From Gammaproteobacteria bacterium (GTDB lineage Bacteria; Pseudomonadota; Gammaproteobacteria; DSM-16500): a stretch of DNA of 64,000 nt. Each line of letters starts with the position of its first letter. Positions within the stretch are counted from its first letter, which is position 1. This document shows, in pieces, positions 1 through 10,546 of the stretch. Where the stretch lies: NCBI GenBank assembly GCA_035478795.1, contig DATIJJ010000014.1:13930-77929 (forward strand). Reading direction: 5' to 3'. The translations under genes were made by a program, and so were the position numbers. Under the pieces are notes generated by a model. The model saw only the letters and a list, made by a program, of their open reading frames with translations. It searched no databases and was not told the origin of the DNA.

Positions 1-540
1 ACCTTTTTTAACAGGTTTAATGATTCTTCACTCCACTTTAGACCAGCTTCAGAATAAATAATTCCTGCTTGTAATGTCATATATTGATACAGATTATGTC
101 CTGACAATTTACCTTTCATCATTTTTTTTGCTGTTTCTTTATAATAATCTAAATTTTTGTTAATCTGGCGACAAAATTTTTCTATATGTTTAACAGTTAC
201 ATTAGAATTCATATTTGCGCCAAAAAATACTTTCAACATCAATTCATTTCTGTTTTGAAATAATACAGGATCCTCTTCAAGCCATTTATTTAATTCCAGT
301 TTCCCTTTATTTGTGATTGTGTAGATTTTTTTTGGCTTATCACTTTCGGCATTACCCAGCTTACAGGTTACCATTTGTTCTTTTAAAAGCTGCTTTAAAA
401 CAGGATAAATTGAACCATCCCCTTCTCGCCAAAAGTGATCGGTGCATTTTTCCATCGTTTTTTTAATATCATAGCCGCTAGCAGCTTTGATCGAGAGAAT
501 CCCTAATACGGCAAAACGAGTTTTGCTGGATCTTTTCATC
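1..540 (-). pseudogene. PadR-family transcriptional regulator with reading frame broken by a 1-nt insertion; 3' end runs off the window
   Basis: Reverse-strand ATG at 540-538 reads MKRSSKTRFAVLGILSIKAA and then TAG (plus-strand cta at 478-480). Shifting one base restores SGYDIKKTMEKCTDHFWREGDGSIYPVLKQL... to the window edge. This is collinear with the intact PadR at 16565-17107 (RYTVLGMLTIENLSGYEM..HFWSESEGQIYPTL). Confidence 0.6.
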
Positions 541-734
541 AAAAAAGCTTTCCTTTTAAATTATGTATAATTATAATACATCTAATAGATATATTTTGTC
601 AATCCTTATATAATCAGAATAGCTATCTATTTAATATAAATATATGTTTATTAAAACAATTTATTTATAATGCGATTATTTTTATGGGTTATTTTGCTGA
701 TGAAACATAAGATAAATTTTCATTTGAGGTATTT

Positions 735-1433
735 ATGTCCGGGTTAAAATTAGATCATATAGTACTGGCTGTTCCCAATTTAAAAAAAGCCATTGATGAT
801 TTACAGGAAAATTTTGGTATTACAGCTATTATAGGAGGTAAACATGTCGGATTCGGTACGCATAATGCTTTATTAGGAATCGGCCAACCTGCGAAAAAAA
901 TGTATTTAGAAATAATTGCAATTGATCCGGAAGATACTACCCCTCATAAAAATTATTTTTTTGGGTTACAAAAAGAGATGAAAGAATCTTATGTAGCCGC
1001 CTGGTGTCTCCGCTGTGAAATGGGTGACGATATTGAAAAAATAAATCAAAAAATGAGCCAAATGGGCGTTAAATATCAACATGGTTCAGTTCGTCAAATG
1101 CAACGTCAAATGCCAACAAGCGCCATATTATCCTGGCGTATTGCAGCTGCTGAAGAACAGTTAATTGCTTCAGCTGGACAAGTTCCATTTTTGATTTGTT
1201 GGGATGATTTCCATTCACATCCCACCAGCAATTTTACACCGGATAACTATTTAGATTTTTCTATTGAATTTTCTGGTCTTGATAATCAAGTGCTAGAAAA
1301 CAACTTGCATGCTTTAGGTTTCATAAAACCACCAGAAGTGACGTTTAGTTTTAGTGAAAAAACTACTATTAAATTGACCCTTCGTAATGCAAGAAACAGC
1401 ATAAATTATTTTAATAACCAGGGCAGTAACTGA
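735..1433 (+). CDS. VOC/glyoxalase-like domain protein
   Basis: 232-aa ORF. The N-terminus LDHIVLAVPNLKKAIDDL..FG...GG.H.GFGTHNAL is typical of the glyoxalase-like (VOC) fold. Confidence 0.55.
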   Translation: MSGLKLDHIVLAVPNLKKAIDDLQENFGITAIIGGKHVGFGTHNALLGIGQPAKKMYLEIIAIDPEDTTPHKNYFFGLQKEMKESYVAAWCLRCEMGDDIEKINQKMSQMGVKYQHGSVRQMQRQMPTSAILSWRIAAAEEQLIASAGQVPFLICWDDFHSHPTSNFTPDNYLDFSIEFSGLDNQVLENNLHALGFIKPPEVTFSFSEKTTIKLTLRNARNSINYFNNQGSN

Positions 1434-1479
1434 GAATCTCGTCAAGATCAAAACATTAATATAGAGTAGTAAATAAGCA

Positions 1480-1989
1480 ATGATTACGATAAGAAACGCA
1501 CAAATTTCTGATGCCAGGGCTATTGCAAAAGTACACGTTTTATCCTGGCAGGCCATTTATCGAGGTCATATTCCTGATAACGTTCTCGACAATTTATCGA
1601 TAGATGAACGAGAAAAAATGTGGAAAACATTATTAGAAAAAAATATAACTGTTTTAGTGTTAGAAAATGATAATAATCTTGTTGGCTTTGTCAGTTTTTG
1701 TCCTTGCCGAGATCAAGATGTTGATCCTCTTATTGTTGCGGAAATTAGTGCTATTTATATTGTTCCTGATGAATGGCGAAAAGGTTTCGGAAAATTGCTT
1801 TTAAAAGCTGCCATTTCCGAGCTTAAAAAAAATGGATTCAATGTAACCACTTTATGGGTAATTGAGAACAATCAACAAGCAAAAAAATTTTATGAAGCTA
1901 TGGGGTTTAAAAATAGTTTTGAAATTAAAATTTTACAAAGAGACAATTATACATTACACGAAGTTAAATATGTAAAAGATTTATTATGA
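1480..1989 (+). CDS. GNAT family N-acetyltransferase
   Basis: 169-aa ORF with an acetyl-CoA motif region (WRKGFGKLLLKAAISELKKNGF) and a C-terminal FYEAMGF. Confidence 0.8.
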   Translation: MITIRNAQISDARAIAKVHVLSWQAIYRGHIPDNVLDNLSIDEREKMWKTLLEKNITVLVLENDNNLVGFVSFCPCRDQDVDPLIVAEISAIYIVPDEWRKGFGKLLLKAAISELKKNGFNVTTLWVIENNQQAKKFYEAMGFKNSFEIKILQRDNYTLHEVKYVKDLL

Positions 1990-2087
1990 TGTAATCTGAG
2001 TCCGTCTACCTCATCATTTGTCCTTTACAATATATTTAATTTCTTCATATTCATGCTTTTAAAATATATTACTTTGGAAAAAATATA

Positions 2088-2456
2088 ATGAATAACTTTA
2101 TCTTATCTATTGCTGAAGCATATTACGCTACATTGGCAGAAAAAAACGTTTCCGCCATAGAGAAGTATTTACATCCTGATGTTAAGCTTGTTTCACCTCT
2201 TGCTGAAGAATCAGGTAAAATAGCTGTGCTTCAGGCTATTGCTCAAGCTGCTTCTCTTTTCAACACACTTATCATACGAGCAAAATTTTGCTATGATAAC
2301 CAGGCCATGTTAGCTTATGATGTAAATTTCCCGGAACCTGTTGGAAATATAGCATCAGCAGTACTGATGACTTTTCAAGACAATCTGATCTTAAAAATTG
2401 AGCTTTTTTATGATGCACGTAAAATACAAAATGCGTGGAAAAATCCTAATGAATAA
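2088..2456 (+). CDS. SnoaL-like / NTF2-fold small protein
   Basis: 122-aa ORF. The size and the N-terminal pattern (YYATLAEKNVSAIEKYLHPDV) resemble SnoaL-like polyketide-cyclase-fold proteins. Assigned by weak motif only. Confidence 0.45.
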   Translation: MNNFILSIAEAYYATLAEKNVSAIEKYLHPDVKLVSPLAEESGKIAVLQAIAQAASLFNTLIIRAKFCYDNQAMLAYDVNFPEPVGNIASAVLMTFQDNLILKIELFYDARKIQNAWKNPNE

Positions 2457-2850
2457 AAAAATATTATTATTAACCCCAAACAAAATGGTTAGCTGGGGTG
2501 ATCCTCAAGTCCTGGCAAAGGGTGCAAAAGATATTATCTTATATGGAAATCCTGGGAAGGCTGAAAATTATTTGTTTAGATTCAAGCTCCCAAAACATTT
2601 TGAGATTAAGCCCTTTATTCTAAGCTCTATATGCTTCTTAACTGTAATAGAAGGTGACATTTTAATTGGTGAAGGTGATAAATTTGAAAAAAATTTAATG
2701 ACCATTTTGCCGGCCCAGAGTTTTTGCTGTATTCCAGAAAACTATCCCATATATTTTATGAGCAGCGAACAAACTATTCTACAATTCCATGGTATTGGTC
2801 CAGTTGATATGAAATATGTAAATTCAACAGATGATCCTCGAAATATATGA
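2449..2850 (+). CDS. Small cupin-like hypothetical protein
   Basis: Tracked ORF is 2398-2850. The internal ATG at 2449 (MNKKILLL) avoids a long overlap with the upstream gene. Beta-rich sequence; the cupin assignment is tentative. Confidence 0.4.
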   Translation: MNKKILLLTPNKMVSWGDPQVLAKGAKDIILYGNPGKAENYLFRFKLPKHFEIKPFILSSICFLTVIEGDILIGEGDKFEKNLMTILPAQSFCCIPENYPIYFMSSEQTILQFHGIGPVDMKYVNSTDDPRNI

Positions 2851-4211
2851 AACCTGAACTGAAAAACAATTTGATCTCACTCCTCAAACTGGCTATACCT
2901 TTAGTACTGACAGGACTTGTTCAATCAGGCTCCTATTTTTTTGAAACATTGTTTCTTGCGCATTTAAACAAAGACATTCTGGCAGCGGGTGCTCTGGTCA
3001 GTTGGCTTTTTGCAACCATTGCGGTCATTTTTTTTGGAGCGTTAGGTTCAATCAACATAACTATTTCGCATAAGTACGGCGCAGGCAAACATCCGGATAT
3101 TGCTGCAGTTTTACGAGACGGGCTGGCAATGGCGATTTTATTTTCAATTCCTATTTTTATTCTATCTCGCAACATGGCACCTATTTTCATTTTTTTTGGG
3201 CAGACAAAAATAGTAGCCACGCTCGCGCAGTCCTATTTACATGCTTTATCATGGGGGATTATTCCCGGTTTTTGTCTAATCGCTCTTCTTGAAATGCTTG
3301 TTGGTCTGGGCCATGTAAGAACCGTCATGTTATTTTCAATGTATTCTGTCTCGCTAACGATATTTTTTAGCTATGCTCTTATTTTTGGAAAATTTGGCTT
3401 TGCTCCTTTTGGCATAGCGGGAGCAGGATGGGGGATTGCTATTGGTAATATAGCAACTTTTCTTATTGTTCTCATTTACACATTGATCAGCAAAAAATAT
3501 AAGATATACCTTCAACTTATTTTTAAATTCAAATCGCCATTTTATTTTTTTGAATTGCTTCGAATTGGGATACCAATGGGTCTCATGTATTCAGTTGAAG
3601 TTGGATTTTTCTTTACCATGACATTGATCATGGGAACATTGGGAACCGCTGTTCTTGCTGCCAATCAAATTGCAATGCAATATTTGGGGTTACTGATGTC
3701 AATGGTTTTTTCTGTTGCACAGGCCATTACAGTACGAATGGGTCATTTGCTGGGCGCAAAAGATATTCAGTCCGCCAAACAAACTGCAATCATTGGTCCT
3801 GCCGTTTCAGGTGTTTTTATGTTGTTAATCGGGTTGATTTTTTGGTTTTTTCCATCTTGTCTGGTTTCAATTGATTTCAACACCAGGGCAAGCCAAAACC
3901 AGGAACTTCTTTTCTATACGATGCAGTTTCTTTTAATCAGCCCTCTTTTCCAGATTGTAGAAGCAATACGGATTTCACTTTTTGGCGTTTTAAGAGCATT
4001 GAGAGACACGCATTTTACGTTATTGACATCCATTATCAGCTTTTGGTTTTTAGCATTACCCATCGGATATGCACTAACAATCTGGTTTAATATGGGTGGA
4101 TCCGGTTTTTGGTATGGCATGATTTTAGGTGCCAGTGCAAGCATCGTGATGCTGATTTGGCGATATAATATAAAAATCAGACGGCTACACAGTGACGCTA
4201 CGAAATCCTAA
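2847..4211 (+). CDS. MATE family efflux transporter
   Basis: 454-aa ORF with about 12 hydrophobic segments and NorM/MATE-type sequence throughout. The 4-nt start/stop overlap with the upstream ORF suggests an operon. Confidence 0.85.
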   Translation: MKPELKNNLISLLKLAIPLVLTGLVQSGSYFFETLFLAHLNKDILAAGALVSWLFATIAVIFFGALGSINITISHKYGAGKHPDIAAVLRDGLAMAILFSIPIFILSRNMAPIFIFFGQTKIVATLAQSYLHALSWGIIPGFCLIALLEMLVGLGHVRTVMLFSMYSVSLTIFFSYALIFGKFGFAPFGIAGAGWGIAIGNIATFLIVLIYTLISKKYKIYLQLIFKFKSPFYFFELLRIGIPMGLMYSVEVGFFFTMTLIMGTLGTAVLAANQIAMQYLGLLMSMVFSVAQAITVRMGHLLGAKDIQSAKQTAIIGPAVSGVFMLLIGLIFWFFPSCLVSIDFNTRASQNQELLFYTMQFLLISPLFQIVEAIRISLFGVLRALRDTHFTLLTSIISFWFLALPIGYALTIWFNMGGSGFWYGMILGASASIVMLIWRYNIKIRRLHSDATKS

Positions 4212-4233
4212 AAGGACAATAGCGAAATATTGT

Positions 4234-4818
4234 TTAATTCGTAATTAATTTTTCTTTCAATAAATCAGATTTTAATTGATTGTATAAAGCTGAAAATGTT
4301 TTGCTGAATATAAACGATGGATATTTAATTTTTTCCAAATCAGCAATTGTCAGATTAAATGGGATATATGATTGTTTCGACTGAAGACGCTGAAAGATTG
4401 GGCATATTGCATCAGCTGCTTTTGCAATCTTTGCTTCGATGCTTTTTTTATCTTCAAATTCATACCATAGATCGTGCAGTTGCTGAGCCAGCTCAGGGTT
4501 GACCTCCATCAACTTTTTAAGTGCATCAACTTCAATTTTTTCTTTATTTTTTCTTGCTTCTATGTCAAATACACTGACATCACCAGCATAAATTTCAACA
4601 ATATCATGTATCATCGTAAGTTTAATTGTTTTCAATTCATCAATTTCTTCAAATTCATCTTTTAGTCTGTCCATAAGTGTCATGACTATCATGCTTGCTG
4701 ACCATGAGTGCTCTGCTGTACTCTCTTTTCTATTTGGCTCAGTAACATTATTTCTTAAAACAAGCTTGAGCTTGTTAAGTTCTAAAATAAACCGGTACAC
4801 ATGACTGATATCTTCCAT
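4234..4818 (-). CDS. HD-domain phosphohydrolase (YfbR-like 5'-nucleotidase family)
   Basis: 194-aa ORF with AEHSWS...IHDIVEIYAGDV (H..HD..D metal ligands). Confidence 0.7.
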   Translation of the reverse strand: MEDISHVYRFILELNKLKLVLRNNVTEPNRKESTAEHSWSASMIVMTLMDRLKDEFEEIDELKTIKLTMIHDIVEIYAGDVSVFDIEARKNKEKIEVDALKKLMEVNPELAQQLHDLWYEFEDKKSIEAKIAKAADAICPIFQRLQSKQSYIPFNLTIADLEKIKYPSFIFSKTFSALYNQLKSDLLKEKLITN

Positions 4819-4836
4819 ATTATTGCCTCATTATGA

Positions 4837-6171
4837 TTAAAGTTGATCACCGCTCTGATCCGAATGGTTTATAAAATTAGCAGCCCATTTACCTGTATAG
4901 GCAGCGCCATCAGTATAGGGAAATCCCATATAGTCTCCCGAAAGCACGATTGGTGAATGAGAAGACAGCGTTTCTTTATATTTCTTTATGCAGCTACTTT
5001 TACCAATAAAAGATACCGGTTCTGCTTCAGGCCAACGAATACAATGATAAAATCGAATAAAATTGGAAATTCCCGGAAAATATTTTTCAAGCTCCGGAAT
5101 GATTTCTTTTAAAATTGCATCATCTGATTGACCTAATAATCTTTTCGCATGCTTGTCTTCAAGCATTACATCAATCAACTCCCCTTCTCTTGCACTGTTT
5201 CTATTTTTATTGGATTCAATGCCAATAGCTGAAATACATTGTCTCTCCAGTCTCGGAATTAAAAATCCATATACATTTCGCAACTCATTGGGTAATTTCC
5301 AATCTTTATGTGTTGCAATGCCAATATTGATTGTTGAACTGTATTGTGTATTTAATAACATATTCTCAATTTCATTTGGAGAAGAATAAAGCTGTCTACT
5401 CACAGTAGAAGGAGTTGCCAGAACCACTTTATTTGCATGAAATTTATTATCACCAGATATAATGGTAACTGTGCCATTAGATTCCATAATCAGGGATTCA
5501 ACAGGAGTATTAAGTTTGATATTTAATGTAGAAGCTATTTTTTCTGGCAACGTTCCCATGCCATTTTTAAAACAAATCAGATTCCCCTTGCGAAGCGCAA
5601 AATTAAGCAGCATGAGTCCTTGTATTTTAGATGTTTCATCAGGTGTCTGGTAATAAAATCCTTGTAATTGCGGTTCTATCATATATTCAAGAATTGTTTT
5701 TCCAAATTCTCTCGAGATGAAATCAGAACAATTTTCATCATCAAACTCAACCCATTCAGAATAATCACTTAATGAAAGAGGAAGAATCCTGTTTTTCCAT
5801 TTTTGCAGATTTTTCAAAAATAAAAATGCTTCTTTCACGCCAAGATAACCGCTTAAAATAGGAGATAAAATATGATTTACAGAAATTTTACGTATTTTAT
5901 TTTTACGAACAATACCTGTCCATGAGCTCGCATCAAGCAGATCATCCTGAAGCCCTGATTCATTAATTAATGGCATGAGTGTTGAATAATATCTCGATAA
6001 AAATTGCGCGCCTCTATCAATCATAAATCCGTCAATTTTATCTGTGCTCATTCTTCCGCCGACTCTATCGGCAGCTTCATATACGGTAACGTTATACCCA
6101 TATTTTTTTAAATAATAAGCCGCTGTTAATCCTGCAATGCCTGCGCCAATAACAGCAATATTTTTATTCAT
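4837..6171 (-). CDS. FAD-dependent oxidoreductase (amine oxidase / protoporphyrinogen oxidase-like)
   Basis: N-terminal dinucleotide fold IAVIGAGIAGLTAAYYL.....V.VYEA.DRVGGR; 444 aa. Confidence 0.75.
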   Translation of the reverse strand: MNKNIAVIGAGIAGLTAAYYLKKYGYNVTVYEAADRVGGRMSTDKIDGFMIDRGAQFLSRYYSTLMPLINESGLQDDLLDASSWTGIVRKNKIRKISVNHILSPILSGYLGVKEAFLFLKNLQKWKNRILPLSLSDYSEWVEFDDENCSDFISREFGKTILEYMIEPQLQGFYYQTPDETSKIQGLMLLNFALRKGNLICFKNGMGTLPEKIASTLNIKLNTPVESLIMESNGTVTIISGDNKFHANKVVLATPSTVSRQLYSSPNEIENMLLNTQYSSTINIGIATHKDWKLPNELRNVYGFLIPRLERQCISAIGIESNKNRNSAREGELIDVMLEDKHAKRLLGQSDDAILKEIIPELEKYFPGISNFIRFYHCIRWPEAEPVSFIGKSSCIKKYKETLSSHSPIVLSGDYMGFPYTDGAAYTGKWAANFINHSDQSGDQL

Positions 6172-6204
6172 ATTTTAAAACGCCTTTATGCAATTCATCC
6201 TCTA

Positions 6205-7065
6205 TTATTTTCCTATGCAAATCTGATGCATAGAAGATAAAGTAACAAAATAACTTGTATCTTTCTGAATTTTTTCTAAATCACGCATAAATAATTCCCA
6301 TTCAGATGCTGTTAAAATATTTAACGCAATTAATTTATCCTTTATTTCATAAAAAATCAAAGTTAATAATTTTCTATTAACGGGCGTTGTTAATAATGGT
6401 TGAAAAACAGATTCATTTAAAATTTTTAATTTAATTTTTCTCAGGATTTCTGGTAGCGTTAAGGAAAAATTAGGATTAAGGCCATTTTTTATAGAAAATT
6501 GTTCCAATATTTTTCGTCTTTGATCAAAGACAGGGGAGCCAGGGTAACAAAAACTGCATGAGTTGAGCATGTCATTAATGACTAAACGGCCGCCTGTTTT
6601 CAACCGATCTTTAATCTTAATTAATGCATTTAATGGATCATCCAGATGAATTAAAACAAAACGCGAATATACAAGATCAAATTTTTCTTTGAGCTGATCA
6701 AGATCAAATACGGATAATTCATGGCATTCTACTTGTTTTAACCCATTTTTTTTAACAACCTGTTTTGTCGCGCGTATTTGTGCAGAACTATTATCAATGC
6801 AAACAACTCTTCCACGTTTACCAACCTGTTCTGCTAACCATGATGTCATGGTTCCGGAGCCGCAGCCAACTTCTAAAACTGACCAGCCTTTTTTAAGGCC
6901 TTGATCCAGTAAAAATTGTTGTGAGCCTGGATTATACACTTTACCTTGCAAATTTAAACGTTTTCTGCCAACCGAATCTGTTTTTAAATGATATTGACTC
7001 ATTAAATAATCCTCGAAATTAATATTTTCTGACCGTTTTACTTCGTAGCTTATGGATAAAATCAA
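6205..7065 (-). CDS. Class I SAM-dependent methyltransferase
   Basis: Motif I VLEVGCGSGTMT and post-I VVCIDNS; 286 aa. Confidence 0.75.
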   Translation of the reverse strand: MILSISYEVKRSENINFEDYLMSQYHLKTDSVGRKRLNLQGKVYNPGSQQFLLDQGLKKGWSVLEVGCGSGTMTSWLAEQVGKRGRVVCIDNSSAQIRATKQVVKKNGLKQVECHELSVFDLDQLKEKFDLVYSRFVLIHLDDPLNALIKIKDRLKTGGRLVINDMLNSCSFCYPGSPVFDQRRKILEQFSIKNGLNPNFSLTLPEILRKIKLKILNESVFQPLLTTPVNRKLLTLIFYEIKDKLIALNILTASEWELFMRDLEKIQKDTSYFVTLSSMHQICIGK

Positions 7066-7136
7066 TTAGCTATATATTGTAGCATTTTATATTCAAATAG
7101 TTTATTCTTTAATACGCATATTAGATGGAGAAAAGC

Positions 7137-7349
7137 ATGGGCATTGTTAAAATCTCAAATGAATTACATGAAGCAGCCAAATTAATGGCAAAAGCCATGA
7201 ATCGCTCTATCAATGCTCAAGCCGAACATTGGATGCGGATTGGCAAGTTGGTTGAAGAAAATCCCGCTATCACTTATCCAGACGTATTGAAATTATTAGT
7301 CAACCAGGCCTCAATGGGTGAAATCAGCTATGTCACTGAAGACGTCTGA
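7137..7349 (+). CDS. ParD-like antitoxin family protein (no adjacent toxin)
   Basis: MGIVKISNELHEAAKLMAKAMNRSINAQAEHWMRIGKL matches my memory of the ParD_like family. GGAG lies 8 nt upstream of the ATG at 7137. The 3' end overlaps map. Confidence 0.55.
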   Translation: MGIVKISNELHEAAKLMAKAMNRSINAQAEHWMRIGKLVEENPAITYPDVLKLLVNQASMGEISYVTEDV

Positions 7350-8091
7350 TGAAATAAAAAAAATGCGTGTAGCAGGTCGTCTTGCAGCATCCGTTCTTGA
7401 AATGATAGAACCTTATGTGATTGCTGGTGTGAGCACAGGCGAGCTTGACGAGCGCTGTCGCAAATACATTGTCGATGATTTACAAGCGGTTCCATCTACA
7501 TTGAATCATCATGGATTCCCGGCGAGTATTTGCACCTCTCTCAATCATGTAGTGTGTCATGGCATCCCTTCCAACACTCGATTTTTAAAAAATGGAGACA
7601 TACTGAATATTGATGTGACAGTACAGAAAGATGGATTTATCGGTGATACCAGCAAAATGTTTCTTATAGGTGAAGTGAAACCTTATGCTAAAAAATTGGT
7701 AGAAGTCACACAAGAGTGCCTGTATCAAGCGATTAAAATAGTAAAACCTGGTATTCATTTAGGCGACATCGGTCATGTGATACAACAACATGCTGAACTG
7801 CATCGTTATTCCGTTGTGAGAGAATATAGTGGACATGGTATTGGTCGTAACATGTGGGAAGAACCACAAATACTGCATTACGGTAAACCCAATACAGGCC
7901 TGACATTAAAAGCAGGCATGACTTTTACCATTGAACCCATGATTAATCTCGGCAAAAAAGAGGTGAAAATGCTGGGTGATGGCTGGACGGTGGTGACCAA
8001 AGATCATAAATTATCTGCGCAATGGGAACATACTATTTTAGTAACAGAAACAGGACATGAAATCTTAACGTTACGCGTGGATGAAAGATAA
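7330..8091 (+). CDS. map: Type I methionine aminopeptidase
   Basis: Full-length similarity to bacterial Map: KMRVAGRLAA, VCHGIP, DV...DG..GD, GHGIG, EPM, WEHT. Confidence 0.9.
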   Translation: MSLKTSDEIKKMRVAGRLAASVLEMIEPYVIAGVSTGELDERCRKYIVDDLQAVPSTLNHHGFPASICTSLNHVVCHGIPSNTRFLKNGDILNIDVTVQKDGFIGDTSKMFLIGEVKPYAKKLVEVTQECLYQAIKIVKPGIHLGDIGHVIQQHAELHRYSVVREYSGHGIGRNMWEEPQILHYGKPNTGLTLKAGMTFTIEPMINLGKKEVKMLGDGWTVVTKDHKLSAQWEHTILVTETGHEILTLRVDER

Positions 8092-8129
8092 ATTACCTGT
8101 AAAAATAATTTATACCTCATTAATTTTTT

Positions 8130-8762
8130 TCAATAAATCATTTTTCTGCAATAAATTCTAAATGCAGAATGCGTCTGATAGGATGAGTTTTTCTCAACAA
8201 CAGAAAAATCAATAATGTCGAAATTTGACATTGTAAGAAACTGCTTGATCTCATCCTCTTCAAAATAAGACCAAAATTTCTTATGATTTCCATCATAACG
8301 CCTATCCTGTTCCAGAGATTCACCCTGGCCTTTCTTGAGGGCAAGATAAAAATATCCGCCATTTTTTAATAAAGAATAAACTGTATCCATAACATTCTGA
8401 AATTCATTTTTAGCAATATGGCCAAGAGAACAGGTTGACCAGATTCCATCATAATGAGATTCTGGTAAATTCATTTCCTCTATATCCATTATTTCAAATC
8501 TTGCCAACGGTGCATGACGTCTTGCAATGTTGATCATATTGGAACAGAAATCAATCCCGAGTACATTCGCGCCCATTTCAGAAAATATTTTCGCATCGCG
8601 ACCTGATCCACAGCCAAGGTCAAGAATCTCGGGATTAGATGGTAATAAGCTAATAAATTCTTTGATTGATTCCATAGGAGCAAGATGAGAGACATTATGA
8701 GCAAATTCATCTGCTGTTGCTTCATAGCTTTCTTTTGTTATCTGCTTGTTTGATAGCATCAT
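8130..8762 (-). CDS. Class I SAM-dependent methyltransferase
   Basis: Motif I ILDLGCGSGRDA; 210 aa. Confidence 0.75.
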   Translation of the reverse strand: MMLSNKQITKESYEATADEFAHNVSHLAPMESIKEFISLLPSNPEILDLGCGSGRDAKIFSEMGANVLGIDFCSNMINIARRHAPLARFEIMDIEEMNLPESHYDGIWSTCSLGHIAKNEFQNVMDTVYSLLKNGGYFYLALKKGQGESLEQDRRYDGNHKKFWSYFEEDEIKQFLTMSNFDIIDFSVVEKNSSYQTHSAFRIYCRKMIY

Positions 8763-8800
8763 TTAATCCTCACAAAATTTAGTGCATTTTTTAAATAATA

Positions 8801-9490
8801 TCAAGTCGTGACATTATTTAAAAATGAAGATGTTTTTAACCAATTTCTATCCGGATAATAGGCAACAACCAATGTATTATTTTTAATGGTATCAATCAAT
8901 GGCCTTGAAATATTTTTGCTAACTGCCATGCAGCCCCAACTTCTCCCCAATGCTCCGCGTTTTGCAATGTCAGCACTTGCATACCAGGCACCGTGTATCA
9001 AAACACCGCGCTTGTAAGCATTGTCATTAATCCCTCTCTCAAGACCCCTCACACGCAAGGCATATCCAACATGATCGCTAAAATAGGCATTATCTGTCAC
9101 AAAAACACCTAAACTTGATTTCAGACTATTCGTTTTGTTTGAGAAGGAGCTGGAGTTTAATGTACCGCTATTTTGTCCATGTGTGACCCACGTGTTAAAT
9201 AAAATATGTGTATGTTTTAAATCAATCACCCACAATCGTTTTTCAGAAGATGGCTTTGTGTAGTCTATGATCGTCAACAGCTCCTTTCTATCCAATCCTT
9301 CCTGCTCCGCTTTAAGATAGGCTTTCAAGCCAATTTTCAGCACATCGGTATCAAGATTATCTGCGTGCGCCTCAATTAATCGAGTTTCATTATCAATCCA
9401 TGCGTTCGAAGAAATTGAAACGCTTGAAAAAGGACCCCAACCAACAATACATAATAAAAATAGAACAGATAATAAATATTTCATTGACAC
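8801..9490 (-). CDS. Secreted L,D-transpeptidase-fold (YkuD-like, EnhA-like) protein
   Basis: N-terminal signal peptide. C-terminal HG....A......G.S.GC motif (IHGAWYAS...LGRSWGCMAV) is typical of the YkuD catalytic domain. Confidence 0.7.
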   Translation of the reverse strand: MSMKYLLSVLFLLCIVGWGPFSSVSISSNAWIDNETRLIEAHADNLDTDVLKIGLKAYLKAEQEGLDRKELLTIIDYTKPSSEKRLWVIDLKHTHILFNTWVTHGQNSGTLNSSSFSNKTNSLKSSLGVFVTDNAYFSDHVGYALRVRGLERGINDNAYKRGVLIHGAWYASADIAKRGALGRSWGCMAVSKNISRPLIDTIKNNTLVVAYYPDRNWLKTSSFLNNVTT

Positions 9491-9778
9491 CCCACGAACA
9501 TTTTTTATGTTGACTGATCCAATACGGAAATTAGACTGAGAGTTTTGTTTAAATGATATGGAAAATGATTTTCAAAAATTGTGCCGATTATCAGCTAAAC
9601 TGTTCCTTGTGTCAATTATTTAATCTGTTTTGAACTAACGCTTTGAACAATAAACAAAAACTTTTGCTGAGAAGTTTATAACATGCATGATTCACTGTTT
9701 AACCGATGCCAAAGTGCGTTGTGGCTTTTTGATAAGCTGTGCTACAGTTCAGATACCGGGGGTCAACGGGAGAAGTGA

Positions 9779-10540
9779 ATGGCATTATTTGTCGGGCTGG
9801 GATTGGGTATCCTGATATTGGTATTTCTGGGTTTAAGAATTGTCCAGCAATATGAAAAAGGCGTTGTGTTTCGATTTGGAAAAATAATTAGCGTTCGAGA
9901 GCCTGGGTTAAACCTGGTTATTCCATTTATTGACTGGATGCGGAATGTTGACCTGCGGATTGTGACGCTACCGATTCCACCACAAAAAATCATCACCAAA
10001 GATAATGTATCTGTTGATATCTCGGCTGTCGCTTATTTTAAAATTATAGATGCTGTGAAAAGCATCGTTGCTATTCAGGATGTCTATTCGGCAATTGACC
10101 AGATAGCCCAAACGTCCCTTCGCAATATTGTAGGAAAATTTCAGCTGGATGAAATTCTCTCTGAACGAGCCACAATAAATTCGGAAATTACTAAAATTCT
10201 TGATACATATAGTGAAGTATGGGGTGTCGTGGTAAATAGTGTTGAAATCAAAGACATCGAATTACCCGATAATATGCAACGTGCCATTGCCAAACAAGCT
10301 GAAGCAGAACGGGAAAAGCGCGCTAAAATTATTTCTGCTGAGGGCGAGTTTTTGTCTGCACAAAAACTCGCGGATACAGCAGACATTATGATGGCACATC
10401 CGATCGCTTTACAGCTCAGAAATTTACAAACGCTTTCCGAAATTGCGGTAGAAAAAAATTCAACGATCATTTTTCCTGCGCAATTAATGGGAACGGTGTC
10501 CGAGATTCAACGTTTTGTGAGAGAAGAAAAGATCACATAA
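9779..10540 (+). CDS. SPFH/band-7 (stomatin-like) membrane protein
   Basis: N-terminal TM segment followed by [16 protein letters not shown].....PGL..VIPFID...VDLR and the Ala/Glu-rich [17 protein letters not shown] segment. Confidence 0.85.
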   Translation: MALFVGLGLGILILVFLGLRIVQQYEKGVVFRFGKIISVREPGLNLVIPFIDWMRNVDLRIVTLPIPPQKIITKDNVSVDISAVAYFKIIDAVKSIVAIQDVYSAIDQIAQTSLRNIVGKFQLDEILSERATINSEITKILDTYSEVWGVVVNSVEIKDIELPDNMQRAIAKQAEAEREKRAKIISAEGEFLSAQKLADTADIMMAHPIALQLRNLQTLSEIAVEKNSTIIFPAQLMGTVSEIQRFVREEKIT

Positions 10541-10546
10541 CAGCTG

